A DNA stretch of 64,000 nucleotides from Arachnia sp. (GTDB lineage: Bacteria > Actinomycetota > Actinomycetes > Propionibacteriales > Propionibacteriaceae): NCBI GenBank assembly GCA_035326505.1, contig DAOLFC010000001.1, positions 5,592 to 69,591 of the forward strand, given 5' to 3'. The notes below the pieces were generated by a model. That model made no database searches and was not told the origin of the DNA. It saw only the letters and a list, made by a program, of their open reading frames with translations. Both the position numbers and the translations under genes were made by a program. This document shows, piece by piece, positions 35,996 to 44,944 of this stretch (within the stretch, counting starts at the first letter, position 1; every line of letters begins with the position of its first letter).

Positions 35996-36550
35996 ATGAC
36001 TGCCTTCCTGGGCAAGTACGGCAACTCGATGCGCCAGTTCGTGAAGTTCGGCATCGTCGGCAGCTCCGGAGTGCTGGTCAACATGGTGATCACCGTCGCG
36101 ATGAACAGGCTCAACGGCGGGGTGGGCAATGCGCGCAGCATTCTGTGGTCGATCCCGCTCACGCCGTTCAACGTGCGCTTCACGCATCTGGTGTGGATCG
36201 TCGCGTTCCTGATCGCGAATCTCTGGAACTTCCAGCTGAACCGGGGATGGACGTTCCGCTCCAGCCGGGCCGCGCGCTGGTGGGGGGAGTTCTGGCCGTT
36301 CCTGGCCGTCGGCAGCGTCGCGGCCGGGGTGGGGCTGCTCGTCAAGATCCTGCTGTCCGACCCCACCAGCCCGCTGTTCCTCCCCGAGCCGTACTTCCAC
36401 GATGAGGCCGGTCTCCGGTCGCGCGAATACTGGGCGCAACTGATCGCCATCCTGGTGACCCTGCCGCTGAACTTCGCGGTCAACAAGCTGTGGACCTTCC
36501 GGGCCGTGCGCAGCGCCGCGGTGGCTGCCCGGGAGGGGGCTGATCGCTAG
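35996..36550 (+). CDS. GtrA-family membrane protein
   Basis: 184 aa; QFVKFGIVGSSGVLVNMVI... and 4 TM spans with C-terminal LNFAVNKLWTF. Confidence 0.75.
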   Translation: MTAFLGKYGNSMRQFVKFGIVGSSGVLVNMVITVAMNRLNGGVGNARSILWSIPLTPFNVRFTHLVWIVAFLIANLWNFQLNRGWTFRSSRAARWWGEFWPFLAVGSVAAGVGLLVKILLSDPTSPLFLPEPYFHDEAGLRSREYWAQLIAILVTLPLNFAVNKLWTFRAVRSAAVAAREGADR

Positions 36551-36552
36551 CC

Positions 36553-39500
36553 GTGTACCTCAAGAAGCTGACGCTGCGCGGGTTCAAGTCGTTCGCCTCC
36601 GCGACGACGCTGGTCTTCGAGCCCGGCATCACCTGCGTCGTGGGGCCGAACGGGTCGGGCAAGTCGAACGTGGTGGACGCGCTCAGCTGGGTGATGGGCG
36701 AGCAGGGGGCCAAGACGCTGCGCGGCGGCAAGATGGAGGACGTCATCTTCGCGGGCACCGCCACCCGGGCGCCGCTGGGACGCGCCGAGGTGGAACTCAC
36801 CATCGACAACTCCGACGGCGCGCTGCCGATCGAATACACCGAGGTGACGATCACCCGCACGATGTTCCGCAGCGGCGGATCCGAATATGCGATCAACGGC
36901 ACCACCGCCCGGCTGCTCGACGTGCAGGAGCTGTTGAGCGACTCCGGGATCGGGCGCGAGATGCACGTCATCGTCGGGCAGGGGCAGCTCGACGCGATCC
37001 TGAGCGCTACGCCGGAGAGCCGGCGCGGGTTCGTCGAGGAGGCCGCCGGGGTGCTGAAGCACCGCAAGCGCAAGGAGCGGGCACTGCGGAAGCTGGAGGC
37101 GACGAAGTCGAACATGGAGCGCATCGGCGACCTGGTGGCGGAACTGCGACGACAGCTCAAGCCGCTGGGGCGGCAGGCGGAGGCGGCGCGGAAGGCCGCG
37201 GTCGTCCAGGCCGAGCTGCGCGACGCGAAGGCCAGGCTGCTGGCCGACGACCTCGCCGAGGCGCGCCGGTCGCTGGCCGCGGATCTGGCCGACGAGAGGG
37301 AGCAGGCCGAGGCCGTGGCGCGGGCCGAGGCCGCGGTGCGCGGGGCATCTGCCGCGGAGGATCAGGCGGAGGAGCGGCTGCGCGAGTCGGCGCGCGAGTT
37401 CGATCGCGCCCAGGAGGGCTACTACGCGCTGGCGGGGCTGCGGGAACGCGTCGCGACGACGCGCTCCATCGCCGCCGAGCGGGCCCGGCTGGGGACGGAA
37501 CCGGTGCAGACCAGCACCGGCGGGCGCGATCCCGACGCCCTGGAGCGCGATGCGGGCGAGATCCGGGCGCGCGAGCGGGAGCTGCGCGCCGCCGCGGAGG
37601 TCGCCCGGGAGCGGTTGCGCGTCGCCGCGGAGGTGCGCACCGCGGCCGAGGGCCGGCACGCCGCCGCGGAGCGCGCCTACAGCGCGGCGCTGCGGGCGGT
37701 GGCCGATCGCCGGGAGGGGCGGGCCAGGCTCGCCGGCCGCGTGTCGTCGGCGCGCTCGCGGGTGGAGGCGGCGGAGGAGGAGATCGGCCGCCTGCGCGAG
37801 CGGCGGGCCGAGTCGCTGGAGCGCGCCGCCAGGGCGGCGGACCGCTACCGGGGCACCGAGACCTCGTTGGCCGATCTCGGCCACAGCGAGTCCAGCCTCG
37901 ACGCCGACTACGAGGCCGCGCTGGCTGCCGCCGATGCACTGGATGCCGACCTGGCGGAACTGCGGTCCGCCGAGGCGGAGAAGCAGCGGGCCAAGACCGG
38001 GCTGGACGCGCGCGTCGACGCGCTGCGGCTGCTCACCGAGCGTCGCGACGGGGCCGCGGCCCTGCGGGAGCGCGATCCGGCGCTCCGGTCGCTGAGCGGG
38101 CTGATTGTCGTCGAGGAGGGCTGGGAGGGCGCCGTCGCGGCGGCGCTGGGGGCGGCCGCGGAGGCCGTCGTCGTCGAGGACCTGTCCCGCGCCGGGACCG
38201 CGCTGGGGGAACTGGCTGAGGGGGACTGGGGACGAGCGACGCTGCTGGTCGCCGGGGCGCCGCACGCGCCGGCGCCCGCCTCGGGGCCGGGGCGCCCCGC
38301 GTCGGCGTCGGTCTCGGCCCCGCCCGAGCTGCGGGGCGCCTTGTCCTGGCTGCTGCGCGACGTGGTGCTCGTCGACGATGCCGCCGCCGCGCAGGCGCTG
38401 GTCGCGGACAGGCCCGAGCTGACCGCTGTCACGCGCGCCGGCGAGGTGTTCTCCGCCTGGCTGGTGGCCGGCGGGTCGGCCGAGGGGCCGTCCTTGCTGG
38501 AGGTGCGCGCCCGGCTCGCGACCGCCGAGGAGGAGGCCGCCGGGCTCGGCCACGAGCTCGACCGGCTGCGTTTCCTCGCGGAGGGGCTGAGCGGCCGGCT
38601 GGCCGAGGCCCGGGAGCGGGAGCAGGAGCTGCTGGCCCGGTTGCACGCCTCCGACGCGGAGCTGGCGGCGGTCGCGGACCGGCTGAACGCGCTGCGCCAG
38701 GCACAGGCCGCGGCCGAGCGCGAGGCGGATCGGCACGCTGCCGCCATCGAGGCCGCGGAGGCCGGCCTGGCCACCGCGCGGGCCGCGCTCGCCGAGCTGG
38801 AGGCGCGCCTGGCCGAGGTCGAGTCGGAGGGCGAGGTGGCCGAGCCCGACCCGTCGGAGCGCGACGCGCTGGCCGTCACGGCGCGACTCGCCCGGCAGAA
38901 GGAGATGGACGAGCGGCTCGCGGTGAGCGCCGCCGAGGAACAGGCCAAGTCGCTGACGGGGCGCGCGGAGGCGCTGCTGCGCGCCGCCCGGCACGAGCGC
39001 GACGCCCGGGCGAAGGCGAAGGCCCGCGTGGAGCGTCGCCAGGCGGAGGCCCGGATCGCCGAGGCGGTGCGCGACGTGGCCACCGAACTCGCTGTCCGCG
39101 TCGAGGCCGCCTGCGGTCTGGCGCGCGAGGCCAGGGAGGCGGCCGATCGCGCCCGGGGAGCGGCCGAGTCCGCGGCCGCGGAGGCGCGTCGTGCCGCGAA
39201 GGCCGCCGCCGCCCGGTTCGACGAGCTGCAGCGCGGCGCCCACCGCGACGAGATGGCCCGCATCGAGCGGCGGATGCGCGTCGAACAGTTGGAGGACAAG
39301 GCCATGGCCGACCTCGGCCTGGAGCCCGACGCGCTGCTGGCCGAGTACGGGCCCGAGCTGCCCGTGCCGGTGCTGACGCGCCCGGACGGCGCCGCCCTCA
39401 CGGAGGACGACGAGACCCCCGACCCCGTGCCCTACGACCGGGCCGCGCAACTCGCCCGGCTCCGGCGCGCGGAACGGGCCCTCGCGCAATTGGGACGGGT

Positions 39501-40080
39501 CAACCCGCTGGCGCTGGAGGAGTTCGACGCGATGTCGGCCCGCCATCAGTTCCTGGCCGAGCAACTCGACGACCTCCACCGCACCCGCGCTGACCTGATG
39601 GAGATCGTGGCCGAGGTGGACGCCCGGGTGCAGGAGGTCTTCGAGGCCGCCTACACCGACGTCGAACGGGCCTTCACTGAGGTGTTCTCGCGGCTGTTCC
39701 CCGGCGGTGAGGGTCGGCTGGTGCTGACCGAGCCCGGCAACTGGCTCACCACCGGGATCGACGTCGAGGCGCGCCCGGCGGGCAAGCAGGTCAAGCGGCT
39801 CTCCTTGCTCTCCGGCGGCGAGCGATCGCTGGTCGCGGTGGCGTTCCTGTTCGCCCTGTTCATCGCCCGGCCCAGCCCGTTCTACATCCTCGACGAGGTG
39901 GAGGCCGCGCTGGACGACACCAACCTGGGCCGGCTGCTCACCATCTATGAGGAACTGCGCGCCAACTCGCAGCTCCTGGTGATCACCCATCAGAAGCGCA
40001 CGATGGAGATCGCCGACTCGCTGTACGGCGTCACCATGCACGGCGACGGCATCTCCACCGTCGTCAGCCAGCGGCTCTGA
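36553..40080 (+). CDS. smc: chromosome segregation protein SMC
   Basis: 1175 aa; GTG start; GPNGSGKSN, long Ala/Glu/Arg coiled coils, hinge, LSGGERSLVAVAFLFAL, ILDEVEAALD. Confidence 0.95.
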   Translation: MYLKKLTLRGFKSFASATTLVFEPGITCVVGPNGSGKSNVVDALSWVMGEQGAKTLRGGKMEDVIFAGTATRAPLGRAEVELTIDNSDGALPIEYTEVTITRTMFRSGGSEYAINGTTARLLDVQELLSDSGIGREMHVIVGQGQLDAILSATPESRRGFVEEAAGVLKHRKRKERALRKLEATKSNMERIGDLVAELRRQLKPLGRQAEAARKAAVVQAELRDAKARLLADDLAEARRSLAADLADEREQAEAVARAEAAVRGASAAEDQAEERLRESAREFDRAQEGYYALAGLRERVATTRSIAAERARLGTEPVQTSTGGRDPDALERDAGEIRARERELRAAAEVARERLRVAAEVRTAAEGRHAAAERAYSAALRAVADRREGRARLAGRVSSARSRVEAAEEEIGRLRERRAESLERAARAADRYRGTETSLADLGHSESSLDADYEAALAAADALDADLAELRSAEAEKQRAKTGLDARVDALRLLTERRDGAAALRERDPALRSLSGLIVVEEGWEGAVAAALGAAAEAVVVEDLSRAGTALGELAEGDWGRATLLVAGAPHAPAPASGPGRPASASVSAPPELRGALSWLLRDVVLVDDAAAAQALVADRPELTAVTRAGEVFSAWLVAGGSAEGPSLLEVRARLATAEEEAAGLGHELDRLRFLAEGLSGRLAEAREREQELLARLHASDAELAAVADRLNALRQAQAAAEREADRHAAAIEAAEAGLATARAALAELEARLAEVESEGEVAEPDPSERDALAVTARLARQKEMDERLAVSAAEEQAKSLTGRAEALLRAARHERDARAKAKARVERRQAEARIAEAVRDVATELAVRVEAACGLAREAREAADRARGAAESAAAEARRAAKAAAARFDELQRGAHRDEMARIERRMRVEQLEDKAMADLGLEPDALLAEYGPELPVPVLTRPDGAALTEDDETPDPVPYDRAAQLARLRRAERALAQLGRVNPLALEEFDAMSARHQFLAEQLDDLHRTRADLMEIVAEVDARVQEVFEAAYTDVERAFTEVFSRLFPGGEGRLVLTEPGNWLTTGIDVEARPAGKQVKRLSLLSGGERSLVAVAFLFALFIARPSPFYILDEVEAALDDTNLGRLLTIYEELRANSQLLVITHQKRTMEIADSLYGVTMHGDGISTVVSQRL

Positions 40081-40201
40081 CGGGCTTCGCTACGGGCGGA
40101 GCCTGCGGATGTTGCGACGCCCCGTGCGCGGCCTGGAGTTTCGGGGGATCTGGGGCACAATGAGGAGTGCTGATCTCCGTTTCCGCTTCCCCTCGTAGGA
40201 G

Positions 40202-40456
40202 TTGAGTGCCTTGTTCGTGGCCGTGCTCGCCCTGACCCTGATCGTCGTTCTCGCGTTAGCTCTGATGGCCGTCGTCGCCATCTCTTCCGGCCGGCTGAGG
40301 CCCAGGCAGGGAAAGTGGGTGAAGGTCGCCGACCAGGCCAACGAGTTCCTGAACGCCCAGGGCGACGCCCCCCAGTTCCTCGGACGCCTCGACGCTGTGC
40401 GCGCCGTCCGTCGCTCCCCATCCACCGAGCAGGAGCCCGTCGGCGCCGCGCGCTGA
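40202..40456 (+). CDS. small membrane-anchored hypothetical protein
   Basis: 84 aa (TTG 40202; TTG 40211 or GTG 40217 fit the AGGAG at 40196-40200 better); one N-terminal TM, charged tail. Confidence 0.35.
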   Translation: MSALFVAVLALTLIVVLALALMAVVAISSGRLRPRQGKWVKVADQANEFLNAQGDAPQFLGRLDAVRAVRRSPSTEQEPVGAAR

Positions 40457-40594
40457 GTTCTCCCACGGCTGGTTCTCCCACTCAAGCGTCCAATGCACTG
40501 ATGGCGCCCGCCACGGCCCGCAGTAGGGGATTCGCCCCGGACCGCCCGGCTCCACTGCTGGATCTAGAGCGGCCGCTCAAGGGGTGGGAGCGAT

Positions 40595-42241
40595 ATGGTG
40601 CTCTGCGTGTTGACTCCGGGGACGGTAATCGCCGACATCTACCGCCGACAGCGCGGGCGGACCGTCCTAGCGACGTTGGGCATGGTCGGCCACCAGACGT
40701 GCGAGGCGCTCGTTCCCGTCGCGTTCGGCGTCGTGATCGACCGTGCGGTGCGCACCGGCGACGGCGGGGCGATGTGGCTGTCGGCCGCCGGCTTGATGCT
40801 GCTGTTCACCGCGCTCACGTTCAGCGCGCGCGGCGGGCACTGGATGGCCACCAAGGCGGTGGTCGAGGAGTCCCACCGGCTGCGGCTGGAGATGGTGGCG
40901 CGCATCCTGGGTCGACGGCCCCGGCCCGGCGACCGGCAGACCGGCGAGCAGCTCTCCATAGTCACCTCCGACGCGCTGGCCACCACCCAGATCATCGAGA
41001 TCGTCGGCTGGATGATCGGAGCGACCATCGGACTCGGCTGGACGGCATTCTTCCTGGCCCGCATCGACTGGGTGCTCTGCCTCGGCATCCTGATCGGCGT
41101 GCCGCTGTTGATGCTCGGGCTATCGCGGCTGGGGCCGCGCCTCGAGCGCCGCACCGCCCACCGGCAGCAGACCATCGGGCTGGCCGCGGGCATGGCGGCC
41201 GACCTGCTTGCCGGGATGCGCCCCCTGCGCGGCTTCGGCGGCGTGCCGGAGACGATCCGGCGCTATAAGACGGCTAGCCGCACCTCCCGTGACGCCCACA
41301 TCGCCGCCATCACCGCCAGCGCGCAGTTCGCCGGGGCCACGTCGTTCAGCGTAGGCGTCCTGCTCGCGGTGGTCGGCGGCGTCGTCGGCCTGATGGCTCT
41401 CGACGGCCGGCTCATGATCGGCGAGCTGGTCACCGTCGTCGGGTTGGCGATGTTCGTGAGCGACCCGGTGAACACCATCAGCCACCTGATCCCGGAACTG
41501 GCCGCTAGCAGGGCCAGCGCGGCGCGCGTCGCCGAACTGCTGTCGCTGGAGCCGGACGCGTCGGAAGGACGGGCCGAGGGGGATCCACCCGGCTTGGCCT
41601 TCGCGGATGTCGCCGCCCCCGGCGTCGCCGGGTTGACGCTCACGCTCGCCGACGGCGAGGTCGTCGGCATGGTGCCCTCCAGCGCCGTGGCGGCGGGCTC
41701 GCTCGCGGCCCTGATCGACGGCTCGTTGGCTCCCGAGGCAGGCGCGGTGCATCTCGCAGGTCGGCCGCTCGTCGAGCCGCACGCGGTCCACCTCTTCGGG
41801 GCGACGCTGCGTGAGGCGCTGTTGGTCGACGCCGACCTCGAGGACGGCGTCCTTGCCGAGGCGCTCTCGGCGGTCGCGCTGAACGACATCGCGGGAACCG
41901 TGCCAAGCCTCGACCATGTCCTCACCGACCACGGGACCAACCTGTCGGGCGGGCAGCGGCAGCGCATCGCGATGGCCCGCGCGCTGCTGGCCGACGCGTC
42001 GGTCCTGGTTCTCCGCGACCCCACCACCGCCGTGGACGCGGTAACCGAGGCGCGGATGGCAGACGGCATCAAGCACTATCGGTCGAGACCAGGCCGCACC
42101 ACCGTCGTGATCACCACCAGCCCCCCGCTGCTGGCCAGCTGCGACCGCGTCGTCTTCGTGAGACCCGACGGCGTCTGCGCCCCATCCACCCACGCGGAAC
42201 TCGTCGCCGACCCCGCCTACGCCGAGTTGGTGCTCCGGTGA
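40595..42241 (+). CDS. ABC exporter half-transporter (TMD-NBD) with degenerate nucleotide-binding motifs
   Basis: 548 aa; 6-TM exporter fold; LSGGQRQRIAMARAL is intact, but Walker A (GMVPSSAVAAGS), Walker B (VLVLRDPT) and H-loop (VITTSP) are non-canonical. Confidence 0.85.
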   Translation: MVLCVLTPGTVIADIYRRQRGRTVLATLGMVGHQTCEALVPVAFGVVIDRAVRTGDGGAMWLSAAGLMLLFTALTFSARGGHWMATKAVVEESHRLRLEMVARILGRRPRPGDRQTGEQLSIVTSDALATTQIIEIVGWMIGATIGLGWTAFFLARIDWVLCLGILIGVPLLMLGLSRLGPRLERRTAHRQQTIGLAAGMAADLLAGMRPLRGFGGVPETIRRYKTASRTSRDAHIAAITASAQFAGATSFSVGVLLAVVGGVVGLMALDGRLMIGELVTVVGLAMFVSDPVNTISHLIPELAASRASAARVAELLSLEPDASEGRAEGDPPGLAFADVAAPGVAGLTLTLADGEVVGMVPSSAVAAGSLAALIDGSLAPEAGAVHLAGRPLVEPHAVHLFGATLREALLVDADLEDGVLAEALSAVALNDIAGTVPSLDHVLTDHGTNLSGGQRQRIAMARALLADASVLVLRDPTTAVDAVTEARMADGIKHYRSRPGRTTVVITTSPPLLASCDRVVFVRPDGVCAPSTHAELVADPAYAELVLR

Positions 42242-43980
42242 GCCGCCAGATCCTGCCCGTCGCCACCGCGCGCCGTTCGGCCGGGGTGCTCGCGAAAGCC
42301 ATCGTCGGACACCCCGGTCTGCTCGCCCTAGCTCTCCTGTTCAACGTCGCGGCGAGCACCGCCGCCGTGGTAGCCCCCCTGTTGCTCGGCCGCGTCGTCG
42401 ACGCCGTCACGGCAGGTGGTCCCGCCGCCCGGGCCGCGGTGCTCGGGCTGACGGCGGGCCTCGTCGGCGCCGCGTTGGCCACCGGTGTGTTGCTCGGCTT
42501 CGCCCGCAGGGTCACCGAGCAGCTCGGCGTCACCGTCGCAGCCGCCCTCCGCGAGGACGTCATGGAGCACGCGCTGCAGCTGGACCCGAACGTCCTTGAG
42601 GCCGCAGGCAGCGGCGACGTCACGTCGCGCGTAACCGAGGACGTCGAGCAGATCAACTCCTCGGTGGATCTGATGGCGCGGGTGGTCACGGCGCTGGTCA
42701 CCGTCGCCGTCACGGCGGTCGGGCTGCTCACTCTCGATTGGCGGCTCGCGTGCGCGTTCCTCGCGGTCTTCCCCGTGCATTGGATCGGCATCAGGTTCGT
42801 CCTTCCGGTCCTCACCCCTCGCTTCGCCGCGGAGCGGCGGTCGGCGGCGGTGCGCACCCAGGAGGTGCTGACCACGCTCCACGGCGCCCCCACCGTCCGC
42901 GCGTATGCCATGGCCCCGCGCCGGCTCCGGTTGGTCGAGGCGGCGTCGCTGGACACCAACACGAAGCGGCTGGTGGCGCTGCGCGCCAGCCTGACGTTCG
43001 ACAACCTGATGAACTACGCCGAGGCCGTCGGCTTCACGGCCATCCTGACCACCGGCTTCTTCTTGGTCCGCGCCGACATCGCCACGGTCGGCGCGGTTAC
43101 GGCCGCGGCGCTGCTCTTCCACCGGCTGTTCGGCCCGCTCGGCATCCTCTTCATGAGCTTCGCCGACGTCCTGCGAGCGGCCGCCGCGCTCACCCGCTTG
43201 GTGGGGGTCGCGGACCTGCCGCTGCCCACGACGGCAGACCGGCCATTCGAGCCGCCGCTCGGCGTCGCGGTGGCGGGCCTCAGCCACCGCTATCCGGAGG
43301 GTCCGTTGGTGCTGCGCGACGTTGCGCTCGAGGTCGCGCCGGGCGGCAGCCTCGCCGTCGTCGGCGAAAGCGGCGCGGGAAAGACGACGCTCGCCGCCTT
43401 GATCGGCGGGGTCTTCCCCTCCTCCTCCGGAACCATCCTGCTCGGCTCCGACGCCGTCGAAGACCTCGACCCGCACACCGTGCGTCGGCGCGTGGCCGTG
43501 GTGACGCAGGAGGTTCACACCTTCGCGGGCACGCTCGCAGACGACCTGCGCCTGGCAAGGCCCGAGGCCACCGACGAAGACCTGGACGGCGCGCTGCGCG
43601 CCGTCGGCGCCCACGACTGGGTGGCCGCGCTCCCCGACGGCTCTGCCACCAGGGTCGGCGTCGGCGGGCATCCCCTCACCGTCGACCAGGCACAGCAATT
43701 GGCGCTGGCGCGGGTCCTGCTCGTCGCGCCTCCCATCGTCGTGCTGGATGAGGCGACGGCGGAGGCCGGCAGCGTCGGCGCCCGCTCCCTGGAACGCTCG
43801 GCCGAGGCCGTGACTGCGGGCCGCACCGCCATCGTCGTGGCCCATCGCCTTACCCAGGCCCGCACCTGCGACGCAATCGCGGTCATGTCACAGGGTCGGA
43901 TCGTCGAGCTGGGGACCCACGACGACCTGGTCGCCGCCGGCGGCCACTACGCCGAGCTCTGGGCCGCCTGGTCGGCCTGA
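42238..43980 (+). CDS. ABC exporter half-transporter (TMD-NBD), catalytic partner
   Basis: 580 aa; GTG overlaps the upstream stop; GESGAGKTT, VVTQE, IVVLDEAT, VVAHRL are canonical; signature degenerate (LTVDQAQQ). Confidence 0.9.
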   Translation: MSRQILPVATARRSAGVLAKAIVGHPGLLALALLFNVAASTAAVVAPLLLGRVVDAVTAGGPAARAAVLGLTAGLVGAALATGVLLGFARRVTEQLGVTVAAALREDVMEHALQLDPNVLEAAGSGDVTSRVTEDVEQINSSVDLMARVVTALVTVAVTAVGLLTLDWRLACAFLAVFPVHWIGIRFVLPVLTPRFAAERRSAAVRTQEVLTTLHGAPTVRAYAMAPRRLRLVEAASLDTNTKRLVALRASLTFDNLMNYAEAVGFTAILTTGFFLVRADIATVGAVTAAALLFHRLFGPLGILFMSFADVLRAAAALTRLVGVADLPLPTTADRPFEPPLGVAVAGLSHRYPEGPLVLRDVALEVAPGGSLAVVGESGAGKTTLAALIGGVFPSSSGTILLGSDAVEDLDPHTVRRRVAVVTQEVHTFAGTLADDLRLARPEATDEDLDGALRAVGAHDWVAALPDGSATRVGVGGHPLTVDQAQQLALARVLLVAPPIVVLDEATAEAGSVGARSLERSAEAVTAGRTAIVVAHRLTQARTCDAIAVMSQGRIVELGTHDDLVAAGGHYAELWAAWSA

Positions 43981-43988
43981 GCCTCAGT

Positions 43989-44234
43989 TCACCGGCGGGC
44001 GTGTACCCGCTCGATGATGCCGTGGTGCAGGCGCTGCGTCGCGACGATCGGCACACCCAAAGCTGGGCTGCGGCGAATTAGTTGGCAAGGGTGCTCTTCC
44101 CCACCCGTTATGCACCGTGCAAGATCACGACCGGCGTGTCGGCAAGCGCTTCGGACGACGAGTTCCGACGGTGTCGAGGATAGGACAGCGCTGTGCTCCA
44201 TCACCCGATCCTGCCACGTTCCTTGAAGATCCAC
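43989..44234 (-). pseudogene. decayed, truncated P-loop NTPase/kinase-like gene
   Basis: Minus-strand frame reads ...PVVILHGA*RVGKSTLAN*FAAAQL. Walker A is GKST at 44087-44104, with two in-frame TAA stops at 44108-44110 and 44078-44080. A frameshift is then needed to continue as LGVPIVATQRLHHGIIERV*. Confidence 0.4.
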
Positions 44235-44261
44235 GACCCCGCGCTTGGGGCTCCGACCAGG

Positions 44262-44311
44262 CTTAGGAGTTCGCTATTCCACGGTCTTCGGTGGAATAGC
44301 GAACTCCCAAG
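44262..44311. repeat. 50-nt palindromic intergenic repeat, family 1, copy C
   Basis: cttaggagttcgctattccacggtcttcggtggaatagcgaactcccaag. Confidence 0.75.
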
Positions 44312-44433
44312 CCCCTGGAAAGCCCACCAACGCACACGATCACCGTTGTTCCTCCCCAAGATCGGGCCTATGGCAACCTAAATGTATCACTAGTTGGGCA
44401 GACTTCGAGGTATGACTTCAGCAACATGACAGG

Positions 44434-44712
44434 GTGCCCACCTCACCAGACCGCGACGATGGGCGAGGTGAGGTCTGGAAGCAGCGACGCCTTGCCTTGG
44501 GCACGCGGATCAGGGCGCTTCGGCAGGAACGGGGCTTGTCGCAGGAGTCGTTGGCGCTGGAGAGCGGCCTGAGTCGCAACATGCTGATTCAGGTGGAGTG
44601 GGGCCAGCGGGGGATCATGGCCGAGCGGCTCGGCGACATCGCTGAGGTGCTGGGTGTCGAGATCGCGGAGTTGTTCGTCGAGTCCGGTCGCTTGTCCCGC
44701 GAAGAGTCGTAA
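44434..44712 (+). CDS. XRE-family helix-turn-helix regulator
   Basis: 92 aa; GTG start; LGTRIRALRQERGLSQESLALESGLSRNMLIQVEWGQR. Confidence 0.7.
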   Translation: MPTSPDRDDGRGEVWKQRRLALGTRIRALRQERGLSQESLALESGLSRNMLIQVEWGQRGIMAERLGDIAEVLGVEIAELFVESGRLSREES

Positions 44713-44758
44713 CGAGCGATGCGCTCCAGGCCCCGCTCCCTTCGAGACGCTCGTGCCT

Positions 44759-44906
44759 CGCTCCTCAAGGAGCGTCAGTGAGATCACGCTCCCCTTGACG
44801 CTCCGAATCCGTCCTTCGGTGTCAGATTTTCCACCAAGGACGGTGGAAAATCTGACACTGGGACCGGACGGGAGCGTAGGAGGAGTTCCTCGCTCCTCAA
44901 GGAGTG
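44759..44906. repeat. cluster of palindromic repeat units (family 2 fragments plus a 17-bp-stem hairpin) immediately upstream of ftsY
   Basis: CGCTCCTCAAGGAGCG at 44759-44774; cgctccccttgacgctcc at 44787-44804 (shares a 16-nt run with 29367-29383); hairpin gtgtcagattttccacc/ggtggaaaatctgacac at 44819-44858; cgctcctcaaggagtg at 44891-44906. Confidence 0.7.
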
Positions 44907-44944
44907 CGGAAGGGGTCGTGTGTCGGGGACCGTAGAATGACGCC

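Noticed and set aside
36547-40041. Very long antisense ORFs mirroring well-supported genes (e.g. 36547..40041 opposite smc, 693..3194 opposite GH2, 18173..21586, 26244..29348, 28967..31867, 33102..35486, 7252..8760, 8766..10868, 10926..12626)
   Set aside because: Typical stop-codon-poor antisense or alternative frames of a high-GC genome. The translations are Arg/Gly/Pro/His-rich low-complexity strings without recognisable motifs, whereas the opposite strand encodes proteins with clear family signatures.
40563-40576. TCTAGAGCGGCCGC (XbaI-NotI, as in common cloning polylinkers) embedded in the 12-bp palindrome GAGCGGCCGCTC upstream of the ABC exporter
   Set aside because: Only 14 nt match and the flanking sequence bears no resemblance to vector polylinkers. 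GCGGCCGC is frequent in GC-rich DNA. Treated as coincidence; at most a small operator-like palindrome.
44434-44475. Apparent inverted repeats (cctcacc/ggtgagg and cagac/gtctg) at the 5' end of the XRE gene
   Set aside because: The complementary blocks occur in the order A-B...A'-B' rather than A-B...B'-A', so they cannot form a simple hairpin. There is too little evidence for a pseudoknot.
44745-44910. Possible CRISPR array or spacer-repeat structure in the palindrome-rich spacer before ftsY, and among the three family-1 repeats
   Set aside because: The repeats are not regularly spaced and the units differ in type and orientation. The three 50-nt copies are tens of kb apart, and there are no cas genes in the window.
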